A DNA stretch of 64,000 nt from an uncultured Verrucomicrobiae bacterium (GCA_963708525.1 CAVPTH010000009.1:94648-158647), one strand, 5' to 3'. Numbered from the stretch's first letter, positions 44,165-54,228 are shown. The notes: generated by a model not told the origin, from the sequence alone. Numbers and translations are program-made.

Positions 44165-46858
44165 GTGAACGCCACGAAACCACACATCACCACTAAGTTC
44201 CAAGGCCTTTCGGTTGGGCTGATGCTGGCAATAATTCTGGGATTGTTATTTTGGAAATGCTTTTTGCCGAACTATGTTCACTTCAACAACGACGGACCGC
44301 TCGGGCAGCAAAATGCCGCCTGGCACCAGCTGTCCTGCCGGCTTTTCCGGTTGCTGGTATGACTTGAACGACATCGGCAGTAGCGCAGGCATCATCGCAC
44401 CGTCTTTGAGCACGCTGATTCATTTGGATGCTGGGCCCGGTCGGCTGTGCAAAATTTATCGCGCCCATCGCTTTGCTCATATTAGGTCTTTGTGCCTGGA
44501 ATTTTTTCCGACAATTGAAGCTCTCACCATTGGCGGCGGTTTTGGGTGCCTTGGCGGCAACACTGATTTCCACTTTTTTTTCGGACGCCTGCTGGGGCAC
44601 GGCTCCGCATCAAATCGCTTTCGGGATGGATTTCCTGGCGCTGGCCTTGATTGTTTCCAATTCAGCCACGACCCCGTGGTTTGTTCGTTGGGCGCGACTG
44701 GCCCTGGCGGGATTCGCCGTAGGAATCAACGTGGTTGAAGCAGCAGATATCGGCGCCATTTTCAGTCTGTTCGTCGCCGCGTTTGCTCTGTTCCACTCGC
44801 TCACGGAAACCGGCACCGTGGCCAGAAAAATTGGTCATGGAATCGGACGTGTCGTCATCATTAGCCGCATTTGCGGGTTTTTTTGCCGCTCAAACCATTC
44901 AAGCACTGGTCGGCACCAACATTCAGGGCATCCTCGGCATGAAACAAAATGAGGAAGCAAAAGCGGCGCAATGGGACTGGGCCACGCAATGGAGTCTTCC
45001 CAAAGCCGAGGCATTTGGAATCATTGTGCCCGGACTGTTCGGTTACCGGATGGATACGCCGGATGGCGGCAATTACTGGGGCGGCGTCGGACGCGACGCG
45101 TCTTGGGATCGTTATTTTGCCAATGGAGAACAGGGTTCACCACAAGGGTTCCAGCGTTTCTGTGGCACTGGCAACTATGCGGGTATTCTGGTCATTTTGG
45201 TGGCCGCCTGGGCGATTGCACAATCGTTGCGCCGACAAAATTCAGTATTCTCGGAAACACATCGGCGATTTCTTTGGTTCTGGACAGCGGTGCTGCTGGT
45301 TTCACTGCTTTTGGCATTTGGTCGATTTGCCCCGTTCTATCAGTTCTTCTATGCGTTGCCGTACTTTTCGACCATTCGCAATCCCATGAAGTTTCTTTTC
45401 GTCTTTTCCTGGGCCATCGTCATCATCTTTGCCTACGGCATCCACGGGTTGAGTAGACGCTATTTGGAAGTTCCGGCGACCGGTTCTGGTTCAGTGTTTG
45501 CCCAGTTTAAAACGTGGCGGGCCAAAGTCCGCGGTTTCGACCGGAATTGGATTTCGGTCTGTATCATCATTTTGATAGGCGGTCTGCTGGCCTGGTTGAT
45601 TTATGCGTTACAGAAACCAAACCTGGTTGCCAATCTTAAATTGGTGGGTTTTCCCGATGAAAATATGGCCGGCCAGATTGCTGCTTTCAGCATTCATCAA
45701 GTCGGCTGGTTCGTTTTATTTTTCGCACTCGCGACCGCATTGCTCGCCTTGATCTTGAGCGGGGCTTTTGCCGGGCGCCGGGCCAAATGGGCCGGAATAT
45801 TGCTTGGCGCGTTGCTGCTTTTGGACCTGGGACGCGCGGATTTACCCTGGATTGTGTTTTGGAATTATCCGCAAAAGTATGCGAGCAATCCCGTTATTGA
45901 GGTGCTACGTGACAAACCCTACGAGCATCGTGTTGCCATGTTGCAAACCCGCTCGCCGGACCACTTGCCCCTTTACGATGACCAGTTTGAAGGCCTTTAC
46001 AATATTGAGTGGTCCCAGCAACTGTTCACCTATTACAACATCCAGTCGCTGGACGTTATTCAGATGGCGCGCATGGCGGAGGATTTGGCAGCTTACCGCG
46101 GAGCACTGGCACCGCGAGGGACACTGGATACGGCATATCTCATTGCCCGTCGTTGGGAACTAACCAATACGCGCTACCTGTTGGGTCTCGCCGGCTATCT
46201 TGATGCGCTGAACACAGAACTCGACCCGGCCAGACACCGGTTCCGGATCGCTGTCCGATTTGATGTGGTGCCAAAACCGGGCATTGACCGAGTCACCAGT
46301 TTTGAACAATTGACCGCCCTGCCCAGTGATAACGGCGCTTGTGCGCTGTTTGAATTTACCGGTGCGCTACCACGTGCCATGCTGTATTCCCAGTGGCAGG
46401 TCAGCACGAACGATAGCATGACGCTTCAGACACTCGTTAGCGCGAACTTCGACCCTTGGAAATCGGTCCTGGTCTCTACGCCATTACCAGAGATGCCGGC
46501 GGGCAACGCGACCAACGAGAATTCCGGCACAGTTGAATTCAAAAGCTATGCCCCGGCCGATATCCTGTTAAACGCGCAGGCCAACGCGCCGTCCGTGCTG
46601 CTGCTCAATGACAAATTTGACCCGAACTGGCATGTGTTTGTAGATGGCAAATCTGCTCCCCTGCTTCGCTGCAATTTCATCATGCGCGGGGTTTATTTGC
46701 CTCCCGGCACCCATTCGGTGGAATTCAAGTTCTTGCTTCCGATGGGCCCACTTTATATCACCCTTTCGGCCATCAGCGTTGGAATTCTTTTATGCGGATT
46801 TCTGATTTTTTCCACACGGCGGATCGCCCACCGTTTAAGACCGGTCCATCAGGTTTGA
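44165..46858 (+). pseudogene. Large YfhO-like (GT-C-type) membrane protein, N-terminal 700 bp broken by three +1 frameshifts
   Basis: Four consecutive ORFs (44165-, 44274-, 44428-, 44735-46858) read on as one hydrophobic protein. The joins are ..AAWHQL/PAGFSGCWYDLN (about 44331-44336), ..STLIH/WMLGPVG (T-run 44423-44425) and ..GRVVII/AAFAGFFAAQ (about 44858-44865). FAPFYQFFYALPYFSTIRNPMKF resembles YfhO family proteins. Confidence 0.65.
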
Positions 46859-46861
46859 AAT

Positions 46862-47623
46862 TTATAATCCGGTCGGATGATCAAGAAACGTCCAGGGCAC
46901 ACGGAATTTTTTTGAAAGTTGCGCGGCCAGCGCCTTCACTCCGAAGGTTTCAGTTGCGTAGTGGCCGCCGTAAAGAACGTTGACGCCAAGTTCCTCGGCC
47001 AGCGCGTAGGTCCAATGCGGCCCTTCGCCGGTGACGAACGTGTCCACGCCTTCTTCCGCGGCTTTCTGTAAAAAATCGCCCGCTCCGCCGGTGATCACGC
47101 CGATGCGTTCGCAGTTTTCACTCCCGCCGGGAACGGTCAGCGTTTCTGTTCCAGTAACCCGCTGCAAGCGTGAGGCCAATACCGAACGCGCGATTTTGAT
47201 CCGCGATTGCAAGCCATAGGCCTGTCCGTCTTTAAATAAAAACGGGCGGGGTTTTTTTAAACCCAGCGCGGTACAAAGAATTACGTTATTGCCAAGTTTC
47301 GGGTGAAAATCCAGCGGCAGGTGTGAGCTGTATACCGCAAGATTGTTTTCGGTTAACAACCGGAACACTTTGTAGTGATTCCCGGTCCATGGCTGGCGCA
47401 CGTTCCAAAACAAACCGTGATGGACAATGAGCAGATCCGCCCCGGCGGCAATGGCGAGTTGCACCGTGGCCAGGCTCGCATCCACGGTGGCGGCAATGCG
47501 GCTGACCCTGCCGCCGTTCTCCACCTGCAAACCATTGACCGCTCCGGCAAAGTCTTTGATGTCAGCGACACGAAGAATCCTGTCACAATAGGCGACGATC
47601 GTTTCGAGCTGAACCTTCGGCAT
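46862..47623 (-). CDS. Nif3-like dinuclear metal centre protein (YbgI / GTP cyclohydrolase 1 type 2 homolog)
   Basis: Start at MPKVQLETIVAYCDRIL, with DLLIVHHGLFW, the C-terminal GHYATE motif and FVTGEG. Confidence 0.85.
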   Translation of the reverse strand: MPKVQLETIVAYCDRILRVADIKDFAGAVNGLQVENGGRVSRIAATVDASLATVQLAIAAGADLLIVHHGLFWNVRQPWTGNHYKVFRLLTENNLAVYSSHLPLDFHPKLGNNVILCTALGLKKPRPFLFKDGQAYGLQSRIKIARSVLASRLQRVTGTETLTVPGGSENCERIGVITGGAGDFLQKAAEEGVDTFVTGEGPHWTYALAEELGVNVLYGGHYATETFGVKALAAQLSKKFRVPWTFLDHPTGL

Positions 47624-47692
47624 GAAACGATGTAAACAGTTTCGCTCCATATTGCAAAGCTTGAAGCGCCGACAAAAACCTTGAACCGGTTC

Positions 47693-47720
47693 TTGAATTT
47701 CACGCGCCGGGTTCTATAGT
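47693..47720 (+). promoter_or_regulatory. Candidate sigma70-type promoter of the VOC gene
   Basis: TTGAAT (47693-98), a 16-nt spacer, then TATAGT (47715-20), 14 nt before ATG 47735. These are the same hexamers and spacing as at 48203-48230. Confidence 0.5.
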
Positions 47721-47734
47721 GCCCCGCGTCTGAT

Positions 47735-48148
47735 ATGATCAAAACCCTTGCTCACCTTTGCATCTTTTCAAAAGATTTAAACCGGAGTCTGGACTTTTAT
47801 TGTGGCGCGCTCGGCCTGAAAAAGCATTTTGACTTTTTCAAGGACGGCAGCTTGTTTGGATTTTATCTGGAGGTCGATCCGGGACATTTCATCGAAGTTT
47901 TCAAAGCCGATCCCTCGGCGGAGGTTCGCCACCAGCGAATCCACCATTTCTGCCTGGAAGTGGACGACATCGACGCGATGCGTGAGACGTTGATCCGGCG
48001 CGGCGTGGAAGTGACGCCCAAAAAACTCGGTTGCGACCAGTCGTGGCAGTGCTGGTGCAAAGACCCGGATGGAACGGAGTTGGAATTTCAGCAGTACACC
48101 GCCCAAAGCACGCAGTTCACCCGCAAAAATTGTATCGTGGATTGGTAG
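47735..48148 (+). CDS. VOC-family (glyoxalase I / bleomycin-resistance fold) protein
   Basis: 137 aa with HLCIFSKDLNRSLDFY and HHFCLEVDDID. Confidence 0.8.
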   Translation: MIKTLAHLCIFSKDLNRSLDFYCGALGLKKHFDFFKDGSLFGFYLEVDPGHFIEVFKADPSAEVRHQRIHHFCLEVDDIDAMRETLIRRGVEVTPKKLGCDQSWQCWCKDPDGTELEFQQYTAQSTQFTRKNCIVDW

Positions 48149-48202
48149 AGTAAAACCAGCGCGGGTGTTTTTTTCTGTTTCCAAAATTTTTCAATCTGCG
48201 TA

Positions 48203-48230
48203 TTGAATTCCCCGTACAGCATTCTATAGT
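48203..48230 (+). promoter_or_regulatory. Candidate sigma70-type promoter of speA
   Basis: TTGAAT (48203-08), a 16-nt spacer, then TATAGT (48225-30), 17 nt before ATG 48248. Confidence 0.5.
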
Positions 48231-48247
48231 GCGAATGGATTCATGAG

Positions 48248-50188
48248 ATGAGCAATTCAAACGATGCGAGTTCGCCGTGGAGCATCGACGCGGCGCGCTC
48301 TCTTTACAACATCCGCCGCTGGGGCGCGAAGTATTACGACATCAACGAGGCGGGGCATGTTGTGGCCCGTCCGTTGCAGGATGCGGGCGTGGCGGTGGAT
48401 TTGACGGATGTCACTGAGGAAGCCAAGGCGCGGGGGTTGAAGTTTCCGCTGCTCATCCGGTTTCAGGATATTTTGCGTCATCGGGTCGAGTCGTTGAATC
48501 AGGCCTTTCGCACCGCTATCACGGAATACAATTATCAGGGCCGATATCGCGGTGTATTCCCCATCAAGGTGAACCAGTTACGCGAAGTGGTGGAGGAAAT
48601 CCTCGACGCGGGCAAATTGTACGAATTCGGCCTCGAAGTCGGCAGCAAGCCGGAGTTGTTTGCCGGACTGGCGCTGCAAAACCAGATGGGTTGTCTGATT
48701 GTCTGTAATGGTTACAAGGACGCGGAGTTCGTCAAAATGGCCATGCTCGGCATCAAATTGGGCAAGACGGTCATCATGGTCGTGGAGAAACTGGAGGAGC
48801 TGCGGCAAATCATTACCATTTCCAAGCAGCTCGGAGTCGAACCGCTGATCGGCATCCGGGCGCGGCTGTTGAGCAAGGGGGCCGGACGCTGGGCGGAAAG
48901 CGGTGGCGAAAACGCGAAGTTCGGCCTGAGCACGGCGGAAATCCTGGAGGCAACGGAATTGTTAAAGACTGAAAACCTCGGTCACTGCCTCAAGTTGCTG
49001 CACTTTCACATTGGCTCGCAGGTGCCGGACATTTTAACGGTCAAAAAGGCGGTGCAGGAGGCTGCGCGCTTTTACGCCAAGCTGCACAAGATGGGCTTCC
49101 CGATTTCATACCTCGACGTCGGCGGCGGCCTGGGTGTGGACTATGATGGCAGCCGCTCGGCATTCGACAGCTCGACCAATTATACCCTGCAGGAATATAC
49201 CAACGACGTGGTCTATTACATCGCCGACGTGTGCAATGCGGAAAAGGTCCCGCACCCGGACATCATCAGCGAAAGTGGACGCGCCATCGTCGCCCATCAC
49301 AGTGTTCTAATTGTCGAAGTCTTCGGCGCCATCGAAAAAATCCGGCCCAACGGGTTCTTGAAGTATGGCGACCAGGAGCACCCTCTGGTGCAGGAGCTGC
49401 TGGAAATCAAACAAAACCTGCCGAAGCTCAACATGTTGGAGGCCTACCACGACGCGCTGGAAAGGCGCGAGGATGCACAGCACATGTTTACCCTCGGCGT
49501 CCTGGACTTGCCGGATAAGGCGAAGATCGAAGACCTTTACTGGCAGATCAGCCGGGCGGTGGTCGAGCATTACAAGGGCCAGCATTATGCGCCGGAGGAA
49601 ATTCGTCAGCTGGAAGACAGCCTCGGCGATCAATATCTCTGCAATTTCTCTGTATTCCAATCATTGCTCGATCACTGGGCGCTGGATCAGCTTTTCCCGA
49701 TCATGCCCATCGCCCGGTTGAACGAACGCCCCACCCGCGAAGGCACACTCGTGGACATCACGTGTGACTCCGACGGGCAGGTCAACAAATTCATCGATTT
49801 TCGTGACGTGCGCGATACGCTGCCGCTGCACCAGCTCAACAGCAACGGCAACGGCCTGCCGGAGCCCTATTATATCGGATTTTTTCTCATGGGCGCCTAT
49901 CAGGATATCATGGGTGACTTGCATAACCTCTTCGGTCGTGTCAATGAAGTGCACGTTTTTCTCGAACCTGACGAACCGACCGGTTATTACATCGAGGAAA
50001 TCATCGAAGGTAACACCATCATCCAATCGCTGGCGGCGGTGCAATATGATGAAAACGAACTGAAACGCCAGATGAAGGCGCAGATTGACGAGGCGATTAA
50101 ATCCGACCGTATGAAGCCCTCCGAGGCCATGCGACTGCTTGATGATTACGAACGCGGCTTGAAGGCGTATACCTACCTTTCGTTTTGA
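48248..50188 (+). CDS. speA: Biosynthetic arginine decarboxylase
   Basis: 646 aa. SIDAARSLYNIRRWG, FPIKVNQ (PLP lysine region), HFHIGSQ and GGGLGVDYDG are typical of SpeA. Confidence 0.93.
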   Translation: MSNSNDASSPWSIDAARSLYNIRRWGAKYYDINEAGHVVARPLQDAGVAVDLTDVTEEAKARGLKFPLLIRFQDILRHRVESLNQAFRTAITEYNYQGRYRGVFPIKVNQLREVVEEILDAGKLYEFGLEVGSKPELFAGLALQNQMGCLIVCNGYKDAEFVKMAMLGIKLGKTVIMVVEKLEELRQIITISKQLGVEPLIGIRARLLSKGAGRWAESGGENAKFGLSTAEILEATELLKTENLGHCLKLLHFHIGSQVPDILTVKKAVQEAARFYAKLHKMGFPISYLDVGGGLGVDYDGSRSAFDSSTNYTLQEYTNDVVYYIADVCNAEKVPHPDIISESGRAIVAHHSVLIVEVFGAIEKIRPNGFLKYGDQEHPLVQELLEIKQNLPKLNMLEAYHDALERREDAQHMFTLGVLDLPDKAKIEDLYWQISRAVVEHYKGQHYAPEEIRQLEDSLGDQYLCNFSVFQSLLDHWALDQLFPIMPIARLNERPTREGTLVDITCDSDGQVNKFIDFRDVRDTLPLHQLNSNGNGLPEPYYIGFFLMGAYQDIMGDLHNLFGRVNEVHVFLEPDEPTGYYIEEIIEGNTIIQSLAAVQYDENELKRQMKAQIDEAIKSDRMKPSEAMRLLDDYERGLKAYTYLSF

Positions 50189-50886
50189 TTGAGACCCAAA
50201 ATCCTGAAATCGAAACTCGAAACAAAGCCGAATTGCTTCACTCGCTCGGACGGTTGACGCGAGGTTTATCCGCCTTGTTCTGGGGATTGCCAACATCGCT
50301 GGTCATCGGCGTGCAAACCGTCCGAACCGATTGGTTGAGATCCTTTGGACTGGTTCCAGCACTGGCGGCGACCGGATTGTTGGTTTTCGGGCTCTGGCAG
50401 ATGGGCGATTTCCAGAAACAGGAACGCCCCTGGCGCAACGTGCTGGACCGGGCGAAACTCCTGGCTCTCGTCAACTTCGGGCTTTGCCCGTTTCTTTACT
50501 GGCACAATCGCCTGCCGCAGGAATCCTTTTTCAGCGCCGCGGTCTTTGTGCTGGCCCTCTCGGCCGTAACCTTTTTATTCAACTTGAATGTGGTCCTCAA
50601 ACAGTTGGGGGCTATGCTCCCGGATGAAACCCTTCGGCACGAGACCGGACTGTTTACCTTGCTCAATCGCTGGTTGCTCGGCTTTCTGCTGTTGTTGACG
50701 GCCGTTTACGAAGTGTTGCTCCGCGCAACGCCCATGCTGTTGGAATTCGGTATCCGTTCCGTCTGGTTCAACGAGCTCGGCTTATGGTTGCTGGTATTCT
50801 TTGCTCTGTTGCCACTGGCCATGACCATGGCGCTCATCTGGAAAACCAAAGAAACCATCTTCGACAGCGTGTTTGATGCGAAGTGA
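50185..50886 (+). CDS. Hypothetical multi-pass membrane protein, start/stop-overlapped with speA and the aminotransferase
   Basis: 233 aa with 5-6 hydrophobic segments and no motif I recognise. The TTG start is uncertain. Confidence 0.55.
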   Translation: MIETQNPEIETRNKAELLHSLGRLTRGLSALFWGLPTSLVIGVQTVRTDWLRSFGLVPALAATGLLVFGLWQMGDFQKQERPWRNVLDRAKLLALVNFGLCPFLYWHNRLPQESFFSAAVFVLALSAVTFLFNLNVVLKQLGAMLPDETLRHETGLFTLLNRWLLGFLLLLTAVYEVLLRATPMLLEFGIRSVWFNELGLWLLVFFALLPLAMTMALIWKTKETIFDSVFDAK

Positions 50887-52217
50887 TGAAGACTGACGCG
50901 CTTTCTCAAATGGGCCGCCGCACCGCTCCGCCGCCTATTTCCTGGCTCATGCAGGCGGCACTGTCACGACCCAAATTGATTTCGCTGGCCGCCGGTTTCA
51001 CCGACAACGCCACTTTGCCCGTTGAAATTTCGCACAAGGTAGTGCATCACGTTTTACGCTCGTCCAAAACCGGCCGACCCGCCCTCCAATACGGCATGAC
51101 TGCCGGCGAAACCAATCTCCGCCAACTGACCGCGCTCCATTTGCGAAAACTGGATACGCAGGCAGCCGAACGGACGGAGCATTGGAGTGATGGAGTAATG
51201 GGGCCAAAAGCCCAACGCTCCACTGCTCCATCACTCCATTCCCCTTCTCGCGTGCTGATTACCGGCGGTTCGCAGCAATTGCTTTATATGACCACGGAAG
51301 CACTTTGCGATGAAGGTGATATCGTGCTCGTCGAAGATCCGACTTATTTTGTATTCCTGAGTATCCTGCAAAGCCGCGGCCTCCGCGCGCGCGGTGTCCG
51401 GCTGGAACGCGACGGTCTCGACCTCGCGCACCTGGAGACGGTTCTGGAACGATTGAAGAAATCCGGCGAACTCCGCCGGGTCAAGGCACTTTACCTGGTC
51501 AGCTATTTTCAAAATCCGACCGGCGTTACCACCAGCTTCGACAAAAAACGCGGCATCCTGCAATTGCTCAGGCAATTTGAGCGTGCGGCGGGCCATGCGA
51601 TTTATCTGATTGAAGACGCGGCCTATCGTGAATTGCGGTTCAAGGGCCCGGACATCAAATCCGCCCTTATGGCGCCGGCGGCGGCGGAACGCGTCATCTA
51701 TACCGGCACCTACAGCAAACCTTACGCCCCGGGCGCACGGGTTGGTTTTGGCCTTTTGCCCGAACCGCTCTTCACGAGCGTCCTGCGCATCAAGGGCAAC
51801 CACGATTTCGGCACTGCCAATCTGCTGCAACAGCTGCTCGCCGGTGCTCTGGAAACCGGCCTGTACGACCGGCATGTCGCGAAAATTGAAAAACGCTACG
51901 GCCAAAAGGCGCAGGTGATGAAGCGGGCGATCGCTGAGCATTTTCCGCCGGGTATGGACATCTGGGAATCCAGCGGCGGACTTTATTTCTGGGCACGCCT
52001 GCCCGCGCATGTTTCCACCGGCGTCAAATCAAAAATCTTTCGGACTGCGCTAAAAAATGACGTGCTCTATGTGCCTGGTGGAATTTGTTACGCCGCCGAC
52101 CCGGCTCGCAAAAAACCGGACCACGAAATGCGCATCAGCTTCGGCAATGCCAGTGAAGCAGATATTTGCGAAGGCATCAAACGGCTGGGCAGGGTGCTTC
52201 GTCCGTTTTTGAAATAA
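50883..52217 (+). CDS. PLP-dependent aminotransferase, class I/II (2-aminoadipate / MocR-type catalytic domain without HTH)
   Basis: 444 aa with ISLAAGFTD, YFQNPTG and YTGTYSKPYAPGARVG (SK Schiff-base lysine context). Confidence 0.8.
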   Translation: MMKTDALSQMGRRTAPPPISWLMQAALSRPKLISLAAGFTDNATLPVEISHKVVHHVLRSSKTGRPALQYGMTAGETNLRQLTALHLRKLDTQAAERTEHWSDGVMGPKAQRSTAPSLHSPSRVLITGGSQQLLYMTTEALCDEGDIVLVEDPTYFVFLSILQSRGLRARGVRLERDGLDLAHLETVLERLKKSGELRRVKALYLVSYFQNPTGVTTSFDKKRGILQLLRQFERAAGHAIYLIEDAAYRELRFKGPDIKSALMAPAAAERVIYTGTYSKPYAPGARVGFGLLPEPLFTSVLRIKGNHDFGTANLLQQLLAGALETGLYDRHVAKIEKRYGQKAQVMKRAIAEHFPPGMDIWESSGGLYFWARLPAHVSTGVKSKIFRTALKNDVLYVPGGICYAADPARKKPDHEMRISFGNASEADICEGIKRLGRVLRPFLK

Positions 52218-52315
52218 CGCTGCCAAAGGCGTTGACAAAAGTGTTGTGCCGCTCAGAATCACAGCGGTCCGGGGGATACGTGGTTTTTAGAAGTTGGAGC
52301 TGATCGTTCAAAATC

Positions 52316-53227
52316 ATGAAAATAAAATTCTCCTTTTTGCTGTTGGCTGGTTTTCTGGCCGTAACGGTTTCCCTCCGCGCGCAAGATGACCCGAACACCT
52401 TGCCGCCTAAAATCGCCGCGCTGCTTAAAAGTTTGAAGTACCGACAGGGTGAAATCGATTTGCGCGGCGGCCTGGCCCGATTGACGGTACCGACCAATTT
52501 TAATTACCTCGGCCCGGAAGACGCTGAAACGGTGTTGGTGAAGCTTTGGGGCAACCCGCCCGATGAACAAAAACCGCTGGGGCTCCTGATTCCGGCGGGC
52601 ATGACGCCGATCAATTCCAACGCGTGGATCGTCACCATTGATTACAACGAGGAAGGCTTCGTCAAGGACGACGACGCGAATAAAATCAACTACGACGATT
52701 TGCTCAAAAAAATGCAAAAGGGTGTCGTCGAAGAAAATAAGGAACGCCGGAAAGAGGGTTATCCCACCGTGGAATTGGTGGGCTGGGCCGCGCCGCCGCG
52801 TTATGACCCGGCCACTCATAAATTGTATTGGGCAAAGAAATTGAGATTCGAAGGCGAGGGCGGCAACACGCTGAATTACAACATCCGCATTCTGGGACGC
52901 CGTGGTGTTCTGGAACTGACTGCCGTGGCGAACCTCGAACAATTCGATGCGATCGACAAACAAACCCCGGAAATTCTCGGCATGGTGGACTTCAAAGAAG
53001 GCAGTCGCTACGCCGATTTTGATCCCAAAGTGGACAAGGTCGCGAAATACGGTATCGCCACACTCGTGGCCGGCGGAGCCTTGGCGGCGGCGGCAAAGTT
53101 AGGACTGCTCAAAGGCCTTTGGGTTTTCATTCTCGCGGCGAAAAAATTTATCATCATCGCCATCATCGCTGTGGCCGCATTTTTCAGGAAATTGTTCAAA
53201 CGTGGGGGCGGGAACCCCACGGCTTGA
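52316..53227 (+). CDS. DUF2167-family membrane-anchored protein
   Basis: Signal peptide, LKYRQGEIDL..GLARLTVPTNFNYLGPEDAETVL..LWGNPP and a C-terminal hydrophobic tail, as in DUF2167. Confidence 0.7.
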   Translation: MKIKFSFLLLAGFLAVTVSLRAQDDPNTLPPKIAALLKSLKYRQGEIDLRGGLARLTVPTNFNYLGPEDAETVLVKLWGNPPDEQKPLGLLIPAGMTPINSNAWIVTIDYNEEGFVKDDDANKINYDDLLKKMQKGVVEENKERRKEGYPTVELVGWAAPPRYDPATHKLYWAKKLRFEGEGGNTLNYNIRILGRRGVLELTAVANLEQFDAIDKQTPEILGMVDFKEGSRYADFDPKVDKVAKYGIATLVAGGALAAAAKLGLLKGLWVFILAAKKFIIIAIIAVAAFFRKLFKRGGGNPTA

Positions 53228-53569
53228 TTAACCCGGCGGCCATTTCATGTAGCGTCCGCCAAGAATGTGAACGTGCAGATGCGGTACCGTTTCGCCGCCG
53301 TCAGCACCGTTGTTGATGACCAGCCGGAATCCGCTTTGGTCCAAACCCAGCTTCCCCGCCACTTCGGCGGCCTTGAGCAACAGGTAACCGATTAACTCCT
53401 GATCTTCGGGTTTCGCCTCGGCCACGCGCGGGATCGGTCTCTTCGGAACAATCAAGGCGTGTGTCGGGGCCTGGGGATTGATGTCGCGAAACGCGAGCAC
53501 CTGATCATCTTCATAGACAATCTGTGCCGGGATTTCACGGGCGATGATTTTTTCAAACAGGGTCTTCAT
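53228..53569 (-). CDS. HIT-family (HinT-like) nucleotide hydrolase
   Basis: 113 aa with FEKIIAREIPA and the histidine triad HLHVHILGG. Confidence 0.9.
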   Translation of the reverse strand: MKTLFEKIIAREIPAQIVYEDDQVLAFRDINPQAPTHALIVPKRPIPRVAEAKPEDQELIGYLLLKAAEVAGKLGLDQSGFRLVINNGADGGETVPHLHVHILGGRYMKWPPG

Positions 53570-53670
53570 CCAGTTTTAAGTTTTGCATCTTTAATTTTGA
53601 ATTCCAGAAGTTGCAGAATGGCAACAACGTTTCCACTTGAAACTTAAAAAACTTAAAATTTAGAATTCAG

Positions 53671-54228
53671 TTATTCCACCACCAGGGCACAATCGGACGA
53701 TTCCGGCTCGGCGGAGAGGCATTGGCGCAGGTATTCGACGATATGGTCCTGCAATTTTTCGCAGCGGCCGCTCCAGCGGCGAGCCCCGGCCATCTGCTTG
53801 ACGCAGCCGCGCAAACCGCGAAAACGCAACACCCGCGGTGACTGCCGCAGCTGGGCGCGCAATTCATGGCGCAGACGCGGGAAGAAGAACAGTTCGAAAC
53901 CACCGCCGGTTTCACGCGCCATCAGCCCCAGGTCGGTTTCCGTGGTCTCCGGTTTGTGTGATTCCAGGGTACCGGCGCGGATGGTGAAACCGAGCTGGCG
54001 CAGCACCTTTTCCAGGGCGCCGGCGAACTCCCCTACGGTGACACTCTCGCGGCACAGATCCTTCTTGAAGTAGTGGAAGACAGAGGCGGCGGCGTGGCGC
54101 AATACTTCGGGGTCAAGCCAGCCGTCGTCGCCGCCCACGAGCTCGACGGAAATCATCTCGGCCGAGCAGGGCACACTTTCACCGTTGGCGAGTCTGAACA
54201 GCAGGCATTCGGACAGCAAGGCAATCAT
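53671..54228 (-). CDS. Hypothetical protein, translationally coupled downstream of nrdR
   Basis: 185-aa ORF with protein-like composition and a 4-nt overlap with the nrdR stop. No domain recognised. Confidence 0.55.
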   Translation of the reverse strand: MIALLSECLLFRLANGESVPCSAEMISVELVGGDDGWLDPEVLRHAAASVFHYFKKDLCRESVTVGEFAGALEKVLRQLGFTIRAGTLESHKPETTETDLGLMARETGGGFELFFFPRLRHELRAQLRQSPRVLRFRGLRGCVKQMAGARRWSGRCEKLQDHIVEYLRQCLSAEPESSDCALVVE

